A stretch of DNA of 64,000 nucleotides from Rhizophagus irregularis (lineage: Eukaryota): NCBI RefSeq assembly GCF_026210795.1, contig NC_089430.1:1488001-1552000 (forward strand), read 5' to 3'. The notes beneath the pieces are model-generated. The model made no database searches. It was given only the letters and a program-made list of their open reading frames with translations, and was not told the origin of the DNA. The translations under genes were made by a program, and so were the position numbers. Shown piece after piece: positions 52,055 through 64,000 of this stretch. Every line of letters starts with the position of its first letter. Within the stretch, counting starts at the first letter, position 1.

Positions 52055-55000
52055 ATGAGTGAAATAATCGAAATTTACAATGAACCTGACAAAAATGAAG
52101 TTGATGATGTTGATAAAATAGATTTTGGTAAAATCGATGTTGATGAAAATGATGTTGATAAAATATATGAACGACATAATGGCAAACCTATTACTATGAT
52201 AGAAATATCACCAAATGAAAAATACCTTATTACTTATAGTAAAGAAGATCGTTCAATTGTCGGTTGGAATGTTAAAGATATTGATAAGTTTCATCTTAAA
52301 TTTGATCAAACTGTTGAAATTGATGAAAATAATGAAGATAATGAAGATAATGAAGATAATAAAGATAATGAAGATAATAAAGATAATGAAGATAATAAAG
52401 ATAATGAAGATAAGAAATATGAAATCGAAAGTTTATGCGTTTCTGATGATAAGAAACTTGCTTATATTACTTGTATTACTAACCATCGTTATAATTATGT
52501 TACTACAACTATTACTGGTAAGTAATAATTATTGTATATGTTCTATGTAAGCACTGGACATTTTTCACGTATGTTATTGATCACTTTATAATAGTAATAC
52601 ACAAATTTTGGTCACTTTATAATTAGTGATATACAAAATTTTGATCACTTTATTATAAAATAATAAATAAGATACGCGAAAAAGGTCTCAGTTGCTTACG
52701 TCATACATATCCAATAACTTTATTATCAGTCATGTTTATGATAACTGATTTACACTAGGATGCTACTCTATCATGTGGCCTTCGGCCATATGATATACAT
52801 AGCAATCCTAGTGGTAAATCAGTTATCATCTACAACATGACCGATAACAATTACTTATTTGATTATGTACTAATTATTAAATTATGGTAATTGATACTTA
52901 TTTTAATATTTTTTAAGTAATCGATATAAATAATAAAGATAAAAAAATTGTATTAAATTTTGGTAGACAAATTATTCCAATATATTGTACCTTTAATTTA
53001 AAAGGTGAATTTATTTTATATAGTATGGTTAATCTTATTAAAGAATATAAAATTATTTGGATTTATTCCACACAAACTAAAAATAACAAATGGGAATGTA
53101 AGAGACTTTACAGGATACACAAAGATTATGAATTAATTAGTATATCAAAATATGATAAAGTTTACCTGTTTTCAAATGATTACATTTATGAATGGAATAT
53201 TAATACTGAGAGAGGTGTAAAAATATTTGGTAATAATGAGGATGAGAATGAGGTAATAAATATTATAATATTATTTTCAAACCAATCGATGTTAAATTAT
53301 AATTAAATATATTTAAATACTTTTTATTTTTTTTAGTTTGTAACAAAAAATATCGGAATATTCAGTAATGGAAAGTTTATTTTTCTAAAAATCAATGATA
53401 AAATCATCGTTTATTCAATCGAATTGGAAATTCCTATTGCTTCTTTGGATATAAATGATGGTAACCATTTTTAAAAAAAATTATTATACTTTAATCATTA
53501 CTCATATTAAATCATTATTTTTATTTAGATATTCAACTATATCATTTTATGAATCATACTGGTTTATTTCTTTTACCTTCTTTATTCTATTATACCCCAG
53601 ATGAAGAAATTAAATATTGCTGGAACAATACATACAAAAATAGGTTTAATCAAACTTTATTTGACAAACCAACTGACAAACCAACTGATGAATCAACTGA
53701 TGAACCAACTGATGAACCAACTGATGATCAAACAAAGTTTGTGTTTGGAATCCTAAATGGACGTGTTTGGAAATCTAAATTTGAAGAAAAAATGTCAAAA
53801 ACTAAAGTTATTGAATGTGATGATGATTACAGGAAAACTTACAAACTCTTAAATGACTATCTATATATGAATACTGTATTTACATTATTTCAAAATGCCA
53901 AACACGAAAATAAAACAAAATTAATTGAATCAATTGAAAATTTGATTAAATGGAAAATATATGCTGATGATGATAAAATGGAACTAGAAGTTTTCAAAAA
54001 AATTGATACTGAATGGGAATTAATTAGCACGAGAACTGAAAATCATCCTTATAAATATCCCTATCTAATTGCGAGCTCATTATTTAATAATGATATTGTT
54101 ATATTGACAACATTTGGTATTCTTATTTATACTTTTAGTGAAAAAGACAAAACTATTTTTTTAAACTATTTTTATTTTATGGATTTCGAAATTACTAAAT
54201 ATACTTACAGCAAATTTAACCAATTTATAACTTTGTTGAATTTTCTAAGTTATAAAATTAGTTTTTCACAATCTACTTTGCCGTTACCAAATTGGAATAG
54301 TTTTAGATTAGATGGATGGGTTTCAGTTGTAATAAATAATAAGTCAAGTCTTTTAAAATATGGAGTTGAATTATTAGAATTTGCAATTAGAGAACATAAG
54401 TTAGAATTAATTGATGAAATTTATAAAAAATGCATGACTTATTTTAAAGAGGATTTAATGAACAATAAGCCATTTTTAGGAATTATCACTTCTGCAATGC
54501 CATTACTAGATAAATATTATCCAGAATATATTCTAAAATATTCCTCAGAAACGAATATGATCATAGATTCTTCTTTTTATAGTATAGAGCATCAAAATAA
54601 AATTTTCCATCTTTATTCTTTTTTTCAATCTCCTCAAATAGCTAATTTATCTTTATGGACAAAATACAATTATAAAATGTTTCATTGCCACTCTGATTCA
54701 TTATTGTCAAGAATATTGAAAATTATATTTGCGATTATTAAATTTTCTATTCTATATTTAATAATAATAATAACTCGACCTCTTTATTTGGCTACATTTT
54801 ATATTTTATCAAAACGCAATTTTATTAACGAAAAAGAATTATTTTCCCATATTTATTTCTATCCTAAACCTAAAATTGAATTATTTGAATCCTTTATAAA
54901 TTTAACAACGACACCAACAATTACTTTTATGATTCCTTATATTAATTTTGTTAATTATTCAAGAGATTATAATTGGAAATCAGAATTATTTATACCACGA

Positions 55001-56667
55001 CCTAGTCCATTTACTGAAACAATAAATAGAAATATTTATAAAACATGGAATGGAGAAGCATTAATTGATTTTAAATGGAATGCTTATGGAAAATATTATT
55101 ATGCAATGATTTGGATTTTATTTATGGCTTTGCTTGGATGCTTTACTACTGCTGCAACAATTCCTCAGCAATATATTAATGAAGAAGTTAGACAACAACT
55201 TTTTATTGCTTCGATTATACTTGGATTTATTCATCTAATTTTAGAAATTCGTCAATTTTTTTATAAAATTACTGAGTGGTTCAAGAATTTTTGGAATATT
55301 TTTGGTAAATATAAATGTTTAATTTAATTATTTTACAATATTTAAGAAAATGAAATTAATTATATAATATTTTTATATTGTAGATATAATTGCTTATGTT
55401 CTTTCAATCTACACTTCTATTTATTGGTTTCAAGCAATTGATAAGAACAATAATAAGCATCTAATTCAATTGCTTTCTTTTTCATGCTTATTTTTGGATA
55501 TAAAATTTTTGTTATTTTTTAGAGCATTTGAATATTTTGGTGTATATTTTGCAATTATTATTAGTGTTGGAAAAAAGATTTTTTCTTTTTTATTACTCTT
55601 ATTCATTATTATAATAAGTTTTGCACATGCATTTTATATTTTATTATCACCAAAATCTGAATTTTCACTTGATCAATATAATACAAATAATAATGATGAT
55701 CAAAATAATCCTTGGAATTTAGCTCCTAGTTATAGTCAAATTGATAATAATGGAAATATAAATTCCAATCCACTTATGATTCAAATTCCTGATGGAAATA
55801 CGAACATGTTTATGGATATTAAAACTTCCCTTTTTGCTACATATTTATTTTTAATAGGTATATTTAAATTTTTCATAATTATGTAAATATACATAATATT
55901 TTCTATTATTTTTAAGCAATGCTTTTTATCAATAGGTGATTCAAGTGCATTATCCAATTGGACATATACAGAAAATCCATCAATTGCAGTATTGATTGTT
56001 TTATTTTCCCTTTTAATTGTTATATATCTTATGAACTTGTTAATTGGATTACTCAGCAATGCAATTGAAGAAGATAATAATAGAGTCTCATATTTGATGC
56101 AAAAGGCAGAGGTAAATAATATTATAATTAATCATTCCATTTCTGTAAATATACTAATATATCTCAACTTTTAGATTTTGGCTGAGATTGAGTTATTTTA
56201 TCTATTTCCATGTCAGAGACGTTGGAAAACATGGTTTCCTGAAGTAATGTATGTAGTTTTACTTTTAAAAAAAATTTAATGTTATAATTTTATTAATTAT
56301 TCAAATTTATTTTTCAAGACATTATTATGCCGATGCTGATAAGGTTCGAGAAGAAGTTCAAAGATTGATTAAAGAGGATGAATGGGATACAAAGGAATTC
56401 ACAGAGATGCGGAATAATTTATTAAAAGAACTTAAAATTAATTATGATCCTATTAACAATGAGGCAATAATGGAGAAATTAAAATCTCATGAGAAATTAT
56501 TGAAAGAAAATAATAACGAGGTAATATTGGAGCAATTAAAATCTCATGAGAAATTATTGAAAGAAAATAATAATGAGGTAATATTGAAGAAATTAAAATC
56601 TTATGATGAAAAACTAGATAAATTAGAGGAATTAGAGAAATTATTGAAAGAAATACGTGCAAAATAA
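52055..56667 (+). CDS. TRP-like ion channel with a WD40-like N-terminus and coiled-coil tail, 8 exons
   Basis: Exons 52055-52517, 52918-53252, 53337-53460, 53529-55304, 55384-55857, 55936-56111, 56175-56248 and 56319-56667 all join in frame via GT-AG. Motifs EALIDFKW, FWNIFD, LLFFRAFEYFG, SFAHAFYILL, SLFATYLFLIGD and LMNLLIGLLSNAI. Confidence 0.85.
52703..52868. mobile_element. Fold-back MITE-like element in intron 1 of the channel gene
   Basis: ATGATAACTGATTTACACTAGGATGCTA is inverted as TAGCAATCCTAGTGGTAAATCAGTTATCAT, with imperfect outward extension and a central GGCCTTCGGCC. Confidence 0.7.
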
Positions 56668-57700
56668 TTTTAATATTATGTTAGTTTTATAATTCAGTTT
56701 GTAATTTAAATAATTCTTTTTATATGACTTATCCAAATATTAAATATATATATTCTTTTTTTTTTTACTTAGAATATTGTAAAATATTCAAATATTCATT
56801 ACTATAACATCAGTGTTTAAATATAATTCTTAGTTCGTAATTTAAATAAATCTTGATTTTCTTAACTTATCCAATTATTAAATATAAATTATCAAAATGA
56901 TGCATATTAATATAAAACCATCTCCAATTTGCGAAATCAAAATAAACAATGTAAAATTTTTTTATATTCATCTTCAAGTCAGTGCTGATGACATTAAAGT
57001 AATTAAAACTTCATTAACTCCATAATTTCTAAATTTAATAAAAGCTTTTCTTGATAATGACAGATTGTTAACATAAAATCTCATAGGTTAATTCCATGGG
57101 TTGATTTTGAATATGCATATTTTTTTTTGAGTAGTAAACGTAATAAGAGATTGGAAAATATATTTATTAATACATTTATCAATAATAGAATTATTATGAT
57201 TTAGGAGAATCAGTTAAATCAAAAAAAATTTTTTTATGATAATAAATAAATATTTCATTAATAAAAAAATTCTTTTTTTTTTTTTGAGGAAAGTAGAATA
57301 TCATTTAGTATTTTATGAAAAGAAGAAATTTTTTAAACATTTATAAATTGATTTATTCTAAAAATAATAAGAAAAATTAAACAATAATAATAAAATAATG
57401 ATTAAAGTAGTGTAGGGTTGGATTAATCTGGTCCGGTCCCAAAAAGATCGGTTTTTCAACCTGGACCGGACTGGACTGGACTGGGACTGGGCCGATTTAA
57501 ATTTAAGAAATTCGTCCCCATGATTTTAAGATCTCTAAATTACGCAACATTTTTTTTTCTATTTTAATACGATCGGCAGTCAACAAACCTTTTAGTGGTG
57601 TAAAAAAAAAAATACATATTCTGTACAATATAATAAAAATAAAAATATAGTCATTTTTTAAATAATAAATTACTTTATGTGATAAAATTAAAAGAGCATA

Positions 57701-57884
57701 CAGTCAAACCTTTATATAACGATATGTCGGGACATATATAAAATTTTTAGAAAATATCGTTATATCAAAGTTATACCGATATTTATATGTCCTCACATAT
57801 AGTGGGAAAATAAAATTTTATCGGTATATCAAGTTTTTAATAGTATATCGGTATATCAAATATCGGTATATCGAGGTTAGACTG
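57701..57884. mobile_element. Tigger/pogo-like MITE
   Basis: TA|CAGTCAAACCTTTATATAACGATA...TATCGGTATATCGAGGTTAGACTG|TA. Confidence 0.85.
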
Positions 57885-58023
57885 TATATGATTATTTAAC
57901 AGGTTCAAACAATTTCAATAATGTTGGTTTTTGCCTAAATTATAATTAGTATGTAATTTTAATTAGATGAATAAAAAGCCTATAATTTATTGATATATAT
58001 ATATATGAAAATTTTTTAATTTA

Positions 58024-58301
58024 CACGGGTGTTCATACACGTATCACGTGACTTTATTAAAAAGTTATGTAAAAAAAAAAAAATTTTAATAAATATAATT
58101 TTAAAAGGAACATGCAGTATGTGTATTTTTGTCTGTTCTGCAAGTTTACTTAAAGAGTCAAAGTTGATTTTGAATGCCAATTTTGATTTATTTTACAAAT
58201 TCTTTTTTTTTCCTGTTTTCGTTAAATTTAATTCTGCCCAACATTAAATGATCAGCATAGAAAATTTACTTTTTTGGAAACCCGTGTTTGAACACCCCGT
58301 G
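58024..58301. mobile_element. Tc1/mariner-like MITE
   Basis: TA|CACGGGTGTTCATACACG...CGTGTTTGAACACCCCGTG|TA. Confidence 0.85.
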
Positions 58302-58419
58302 TACAAATAGAAATCGCCTTTTTATAATTATGATAATTTTCATATTTCGTTGAATCAGGATGTCAAAAATGATAATAATAAATTGTAATCAAATTATCAA
58401 AAATTAAGTAATTATACAT

Positions 58420-59085
58420 CTAATTTGATAAAGTTAAATTATTGTCTTTTACCGAATATCTCGATTGGAATGAAATCTTGCAAGAACCATAGCAATTTGT
58501 TTCAGTGCCATAAAAACAATGAGCATATGTAATAATTTTCACTATAAGATTCTCTCCCAGAGTTAATTTTGAGCCATCAAAATTGTCACGTCGCGTATAT
58601 TCAAAATCACCTTCATAAAGTTGATCACATTTAAAGCCACCCCTATCACAATCATCATTTTGTAAGATATTATCCCCATTGTACCCATTTACCCATGTAC
58701 GACCATCCGTAAAAGCAAAAGTTGGATCTGTTGAGCCATCATCTTTATGAATCTCATATTTTTCAATAATCATTACGCCCTGTTGCAAACAACATGGGTT
58801 AAGATTAGGATCATCTAGTATAGCATATGGTTGCATTAATTTTATTTCGGCCACACCTTCTTGAGGGAATTCAAAATCTTTTAACCAACTTCCATGATCT
58901 TTTTATTATAATAAAATAGCATAAGTGTAAAAAAAAAAAGAATTAATTATTAAATTAACTATCTTGGATAAATAAAGAAAAAGTTGTTCTTTAGATAGCT
59001 TACCGATACATTGGCCATAAGATACAAAAGCAAAAGTTTTGAAGAACATAAGAAATAATACAATAATAAAAACTATAAGTTTCAT
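58420..59085 (-). CDS. Small secreted cysteine-rich protein (~186 aa), candidate effector, 2 exons
   Basis: Exon 59085-59004 encodes MKLIVFIIVLFLMFFKTFAFVSYGQCI (signal-peptide-like) followed by a GTAAGC donor. Exon 58898-58420 is in frame with the listed ORF. Eight Cys in total. Confidence 0.8.
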
Positions 59086-62000
59086 GATTAATGAGTTGTT
59101 TGTATAATGAAATTAAAAAAAAATAATTATCATGGGAAGTTGTGATTCTGTTAGTTTATTTATACATCAGTAAAATTTTGGATTTGGGATTATAAGGAAA
59201 AGATTATCATATAAGGCATCCATTATTTGTATGATTTAATAATTTGTCTATTGATCCTTCAAAGAGTCTTGTTTAGATAGAACTGAAATACTACGAATAC
59301 TACGAAAAATTTTTAAAAAAAAACAAAAATAGAATGGATATGAGTAAGTAATGCTAAAACTCGAATAAAAAAACCTATATTCAATATTTTTTTTATGTGA
59401 AGAGTGATACTAACCTATTTTGAAATTTACCCCTTAATAACCTTAATATCCGAAATGGGTTTATTATGGGTCGATCTGCTTACTGATCAGAAGTGATTTA
59501 CCATTGTACGAAACAAAAAGAACTCTTGTCAAAATTCTATTATTTTTAATTTAATATTCACTGATTTTATTGTAAATTCTAAGTTTGAAAGAAAGTGATC
59601 AGATACGGTACGTCGGTACGTTTTCCCTTCCCGACGGGACATTTTCCTGTCAGGTTTGGCCAGAGTTATGAAAGATTATGCGGAGTTATGAACGAACACA
59701 TGACCAAGCGGCCAGCGGTAGGCTGTTGTAAAAAGCATGTAGCGTGTTTCCCACATTTACTTCTTAAAAAATAATGTTTAAACCCACTACGTTATACTTT
59801 TTCAGGCATTGTCAATGATTCTATATTAAATGATACTAAATTCTCTTTTCTATTAACAAGTAGTTATTGTGCACCACTATCATATCATCCTACATTTGGA
59901 AAGATCATTTAGTAATACTGTTTATTTTATTAGTATATATTCATTTTCGGTTAGTAAGGGAAGAAAGTTAATAACGATTAGAATTCAAAATAGAATGAAT
60001 TTATATTATCTTTAAAAACTCCGTAAAATGAGCCTTTCACGGATTCATCCACGGAAAATGAAAATAATTTGATAAATTCCGTGATATAAGGTTATTAATT
60101 CCGGAAATATGAGCCTTTTACAGGAAAAAGATGGAATATAAAAAAAATGGATCGACTTTTTTTACAGGATAGATATGCTAGTGTCAATCATGTATGAAAT
60201 TTAAAAGGGTGCGGTCCAAAACCCTGATGATCAGAATCCCGTTATAATACAAACCTAACGCTCACAATCTTGACAAAATATAATCTCGAAAAATTAAGAT
60301 CATTCTTATAAAATGTCCATAACTATATATATATCCAATATAGAATATAAAATTTTTCATATGTATAAAATTTTATAAATTTATAAACAACACATATAAT
60401 TTGTATCTACATAACTAAAAAATATTCTTTGACGTTTAAATAACCCATAAATAAATTGAATTGTATAACGTGAAACGCGTGATATACGGTTAATGACTAA
60501 TCATTGTAATGCCGTGACTCAACTAGTAAATTCAATAATTATGGGGCGCAGTATTATATTTAAATAAGCGTATAAAATTATTGTAGTTTAAAATTGTATG
60601 ACGTTACAAATGTAACGTGTTAACTGTTAAACTGATTTATATAATCTATATTTAGTTTTAAGTGAGGGGAGTATTTACATTTTAAGAAGGAGATTCGAAG
60701 ATCAAAAAGAGAGAATTTTATTAAGGTTATAATTTTGAAATTGTAAAAACAATATTTTTGACGGAAAATATGGTTCTGAGAAAAAGGATTGTTAATGGCA
60801 AAAAATTGAAAAATTGATTTATCACGGGCGTAACCTTACATCATCGTTTTGGGCTTTTTCTTGACTTGACTTTTTTTTTCAAAAAGTTTGATTTCAAATT
60901 TTCCCTTTTTCGGTTTTGTTTTTTTAAAACCTAAAAATTCGCTTTCGGGGATGGCTTTTTTTTTTAACGAGAAAATTATAGTTAAAAGATGAAATAATTA
61001 ACAAAAGAATCTGATAAAATAGCTAAGCATGAAGCTTTTTACACAAAATCACAGGTAGCCATTAAGAAAATCTTTTATTAGAAAATTAAATAAGAAAAGA
61101 TAGGAATAAAATTTTGATTTCACGAAAAGATAGACAAATGATCGACCAAAATGAAAATTCTAAAGAAATCGGAAATATGAATTAAGTTTAAAAGGATATA
61201 ACAGAAAAAAAGAATTAAAAAATTCAAAATTTCTGAAATAATTAATATTTTAGTAAAATTTGAAACAATGAAATTAAAAAAAAAAAGATAATAACGAATG
61301 ATATTTCAAAATGTTGTTACGAAAAAGAGAAATGAAAGTGGAAAAAGAATTTGAAGATCAATGAATGGATTTTTTTTTTTTTAAAAAAAAAGAAAATGTT
61401 TGTGTATGAAATAATTTAATTTTTATATCTTTTATTTTATTTAAAATTGCTTATCGAATGTGTAATTAAAACACCATTATATGTGATAACTGATAATTAT
61501 AAAGAACCTTGGGAAAATGACACATCTGAAATACAAAATGGGAAAATATTTTTGCAAGAACAAATAAAGTTCAAAAAGAAAAAAAGATTAATGAATTGAA
61601 ATAACAGATAATTAAAAATTCGCATAGATAAAAATATATTGGCCACAGAAATAATCACATGAGATATTACGTCATTTTATATTAGATAACAGTATTACTA
61701 TCACAATAAAAGCGTGACTGCGTGAGGGTGTAAACAATCGCGTTAATTCCCACTATAACGTTAATAATGAACTATCTTTATTCGATGTAAAGATTTCATT
61801 AACAAAAAAAAACAACCTTTTCTTCATCCTCTACACCTAAAATATCCATTAATTATTTTTCTTTCCTTAAATCTCTCTCTTTCAAATCTTTCTCTTCTCC
61901 TTCATCCACTTCATCTACTTTTTGAATATTTTCTTATTTCAAATCTTACATATTTTAAACATTTATATCTCTCTTACTACCTTCCATATTATCCCCAATA

Positions 62001-62719
62001 TTCTCCTGCTTCAATTCTTCTTCATTTCTTGATTCTCTTCTTCATTTTCTTAATTTTCTTTATGAATTCACACTCATTCTATAATAATGTTTCTTATATC
62101 TTTTCTTCATTTTTTCAAATATAAAATTAATTTAATATTCAAAAAAAAAAATACCTTTAAAAACTCGATATCCAAGGTCTCTGAGCATGCAAAAAATCAC
62201 AAGGAAATCAAAAGTTCCACAGTGGGTAAAAAACATATTTATGTTTTAATGGAACTTCCACATAGAGCTGGCAAAAGATCAAAGTTGTTTCGGTTCAATG
62301 AATATGGTGACCACCTAGTGAAAATGGCTATTAAAAAATAATTTTTCTAGAATTAGGTCGAGTTTGCATCAAAGAAAAAAAAATCAGGAAAATCTTTCCT
62401 TTAATAGATAGTGTCTGGTGATCCTGACCGAAATTATCATAATTCCATAATTCCGGAACCGAAAAAAAAATGCGTAACAGCTATTAAATAGTAAAAAAAA
62501 AATATTAAGTAAAATTTATTTTATAGTCTAAATATTTCAAATCAATGACTGAACTTGAATTTAATGGCTTTTTATTTTTTAAAATTGGTTTAAGAAAAAT
62601 AACTTTATTATGATTAGTAGAATAACGATAATAATATAATAAAATTTACGTTACAAAATATTGTATCTACTTTCGTGAATCAATTAGATCAATATTATAT
62701 TATTTTATATAAATTAAAT

Positions 62720-64000
62720 TATAATAAATTCAACTATAAATCCCATTCAAACTCATCAATATGACTATAATAATTTTTAACTATACCTTTTTTTTTATAA
62801 TCTTTAATTAAATTTTCTAATTGATGCTTAAATTTCACTTTAAAATAATAATTTCCAATATATAATTTTAATAATAAAGAATTTCTATCTTTCCAATTAT
62901 CAAGAAATAATTTTATATCTTCTAATTTAATTGTATTATAATAAAAACAAAATTTAAATTTAAATAAATTATTTGATGATGATTTTATTAATATTTTAAA
63001 AAATTCATCCCAATTAAATTCATTATTTTTATCCTCAATCTATTTCAATAATTAATCCATTTAAGAGTTTACAATTAATAAATAAATTCTCAATTTCTGA
63101 ATTAAGAGTATTAAAATTGGAAAATATTGTTAATTTAAGATATTTTAAATTTGGACAATTTTGATAAATTGTTTTAATAAGAATCTTATCATCATAAAAT
63201 GTGCTGATTTCTGAAAGAGTTTCTTTCGTATTTTCAATTAATTTCGCTAATACTTTAGATGGAACTTTTGCAACTTTTAAAAATTTTTAAACGGGTAATG
63301 ATAAATTTTCGAAATAATTCGAATCATTCCATTTAATATAACCATCAATAAAGTAAAATTCTAAACTTAATAAATTTGTAAGATGAGAAAGAAATCTTGT
63401 AATAGGCTTCCATCCAATTTTTCAAATGTTGAATAGTATCTGCATGTTTAATCAATGATTCTTCAAGAGTTTTGTAAATTGATTCATCTTCTATCATACT
63501 GGCAAACTTAACGTCATTTAGATTTTTTGTACTTCAATTAATTTAATAATATCATTCACATCAGTTAAAAACTCTAACACTTAATTTTTTAATCGATTTT
63601 GCATATTTTAGCCAATCCTTCTAAATGATGTTGATTAACTTTGGTAAAACAACGAAGGGATTGAAGTTCTGAAGGGCAATTTTCGGCTCTCGAAATATGA
63701 TGTAATCGATTATCAAAATCATATGGAATAGAAAGGTGAATTAATTTTGTATTTCTATTAATAAATATTTTTAATATTTCATTTTTTATAACTGATAATG
63801 GATAATTTTGATTCTTCAACTTTTTTTGAAGAAATTATTACACTTTCTAAGTATGATAATTCTAAATATTTCCAAAAAAAAAAATATAATTAAATAAAGG
63901 TTTTTGATATGTTTTTTTTGTAATAAGATTATTAATTCCTTGATCTTTCAAAATATCTCTTGATTCTTTTGATAAATGTGAAATTATTACATTAAATAAT
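62720..64000 (-). pseudogene. F-box/LRR (RNI-like) family pseudogene; 5' part lies beyond the window
   Basis: Peptides IKNEILKIFIN, LIENTKETLSEI, IYQNCPNLKYL, FNWDEFFKILIKSS and IKLFLDNWKDR fall in different frames, separated by frameshifts. The F-box itself is not in the window. Confidence 0.75.

Noticed and set aside
52215..52550. 111-aa (KIM/KII)n ORF
   Set aside because: Alternative frame of the 9-bp repeat in channel exon 1.
57410..57500. GGACTGGACCGG cluster resembling a hAT end
   Set aside because: No partner terminus or TSD found.
50762..60172. Possible giant element capturing the channel and secreted-protein genes
   Set aside because: The ends near 50765 and 60170 are only loosely similar, no TSD is evident, and each looks like a separate small relic.
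1..64000. tRNA, rRNA and prokaryotic operon features
   Set aside because: None recognised by eye. A covariance-model scan was not run.

Overview
AT-rich, intron-containing fungal DNA. The gene families (Sel1-repeat/TKL kinases, BACK and F-box/LRR relics, TRP-like channel, small Cys-rich secreted protein) point by inference to an arbuscular mycorrhizal fungus (Glomeromycota, Rhizophagus-like). Intact-looking genes, spliced by hand: two Sel1-repeat kinases, one plain TKL kinase, a ubiquitin-like/ADP-ribosyltransferase fusion, a class-3 lipase, a 10-exon Ubp6/USP14-like gene, an 8-exon TRP-like channel and a secreted protein. Pseudogenes: a kinase and an F-box/LRR-type gene. Transposons are dense and nested: a Ginger-like element with TIRs over 1.25 kb, LINE debris, two hAT-type elements with exact 8-bp TSDs, a pogo element, a TSD-flanked retroposon and several MITEs. 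Most notable: (1) the Ginger TIRs carry six 24-nt units bounded by canonical splice signals that would splice in frame to an (AFRxGLSP)n peptide; (2) the Ubp6-like gene is intact but lacks its Ubl domain and both catalytic Cys and His, and lies about 7 kb from a Ubl-GG-ART fusion; (3) one Sel1 array is homogenised, GC-shifted and varies at fixed positions on a non-RD kinase, like a variable receptor. All calls are from manual reading; no database searches were run.
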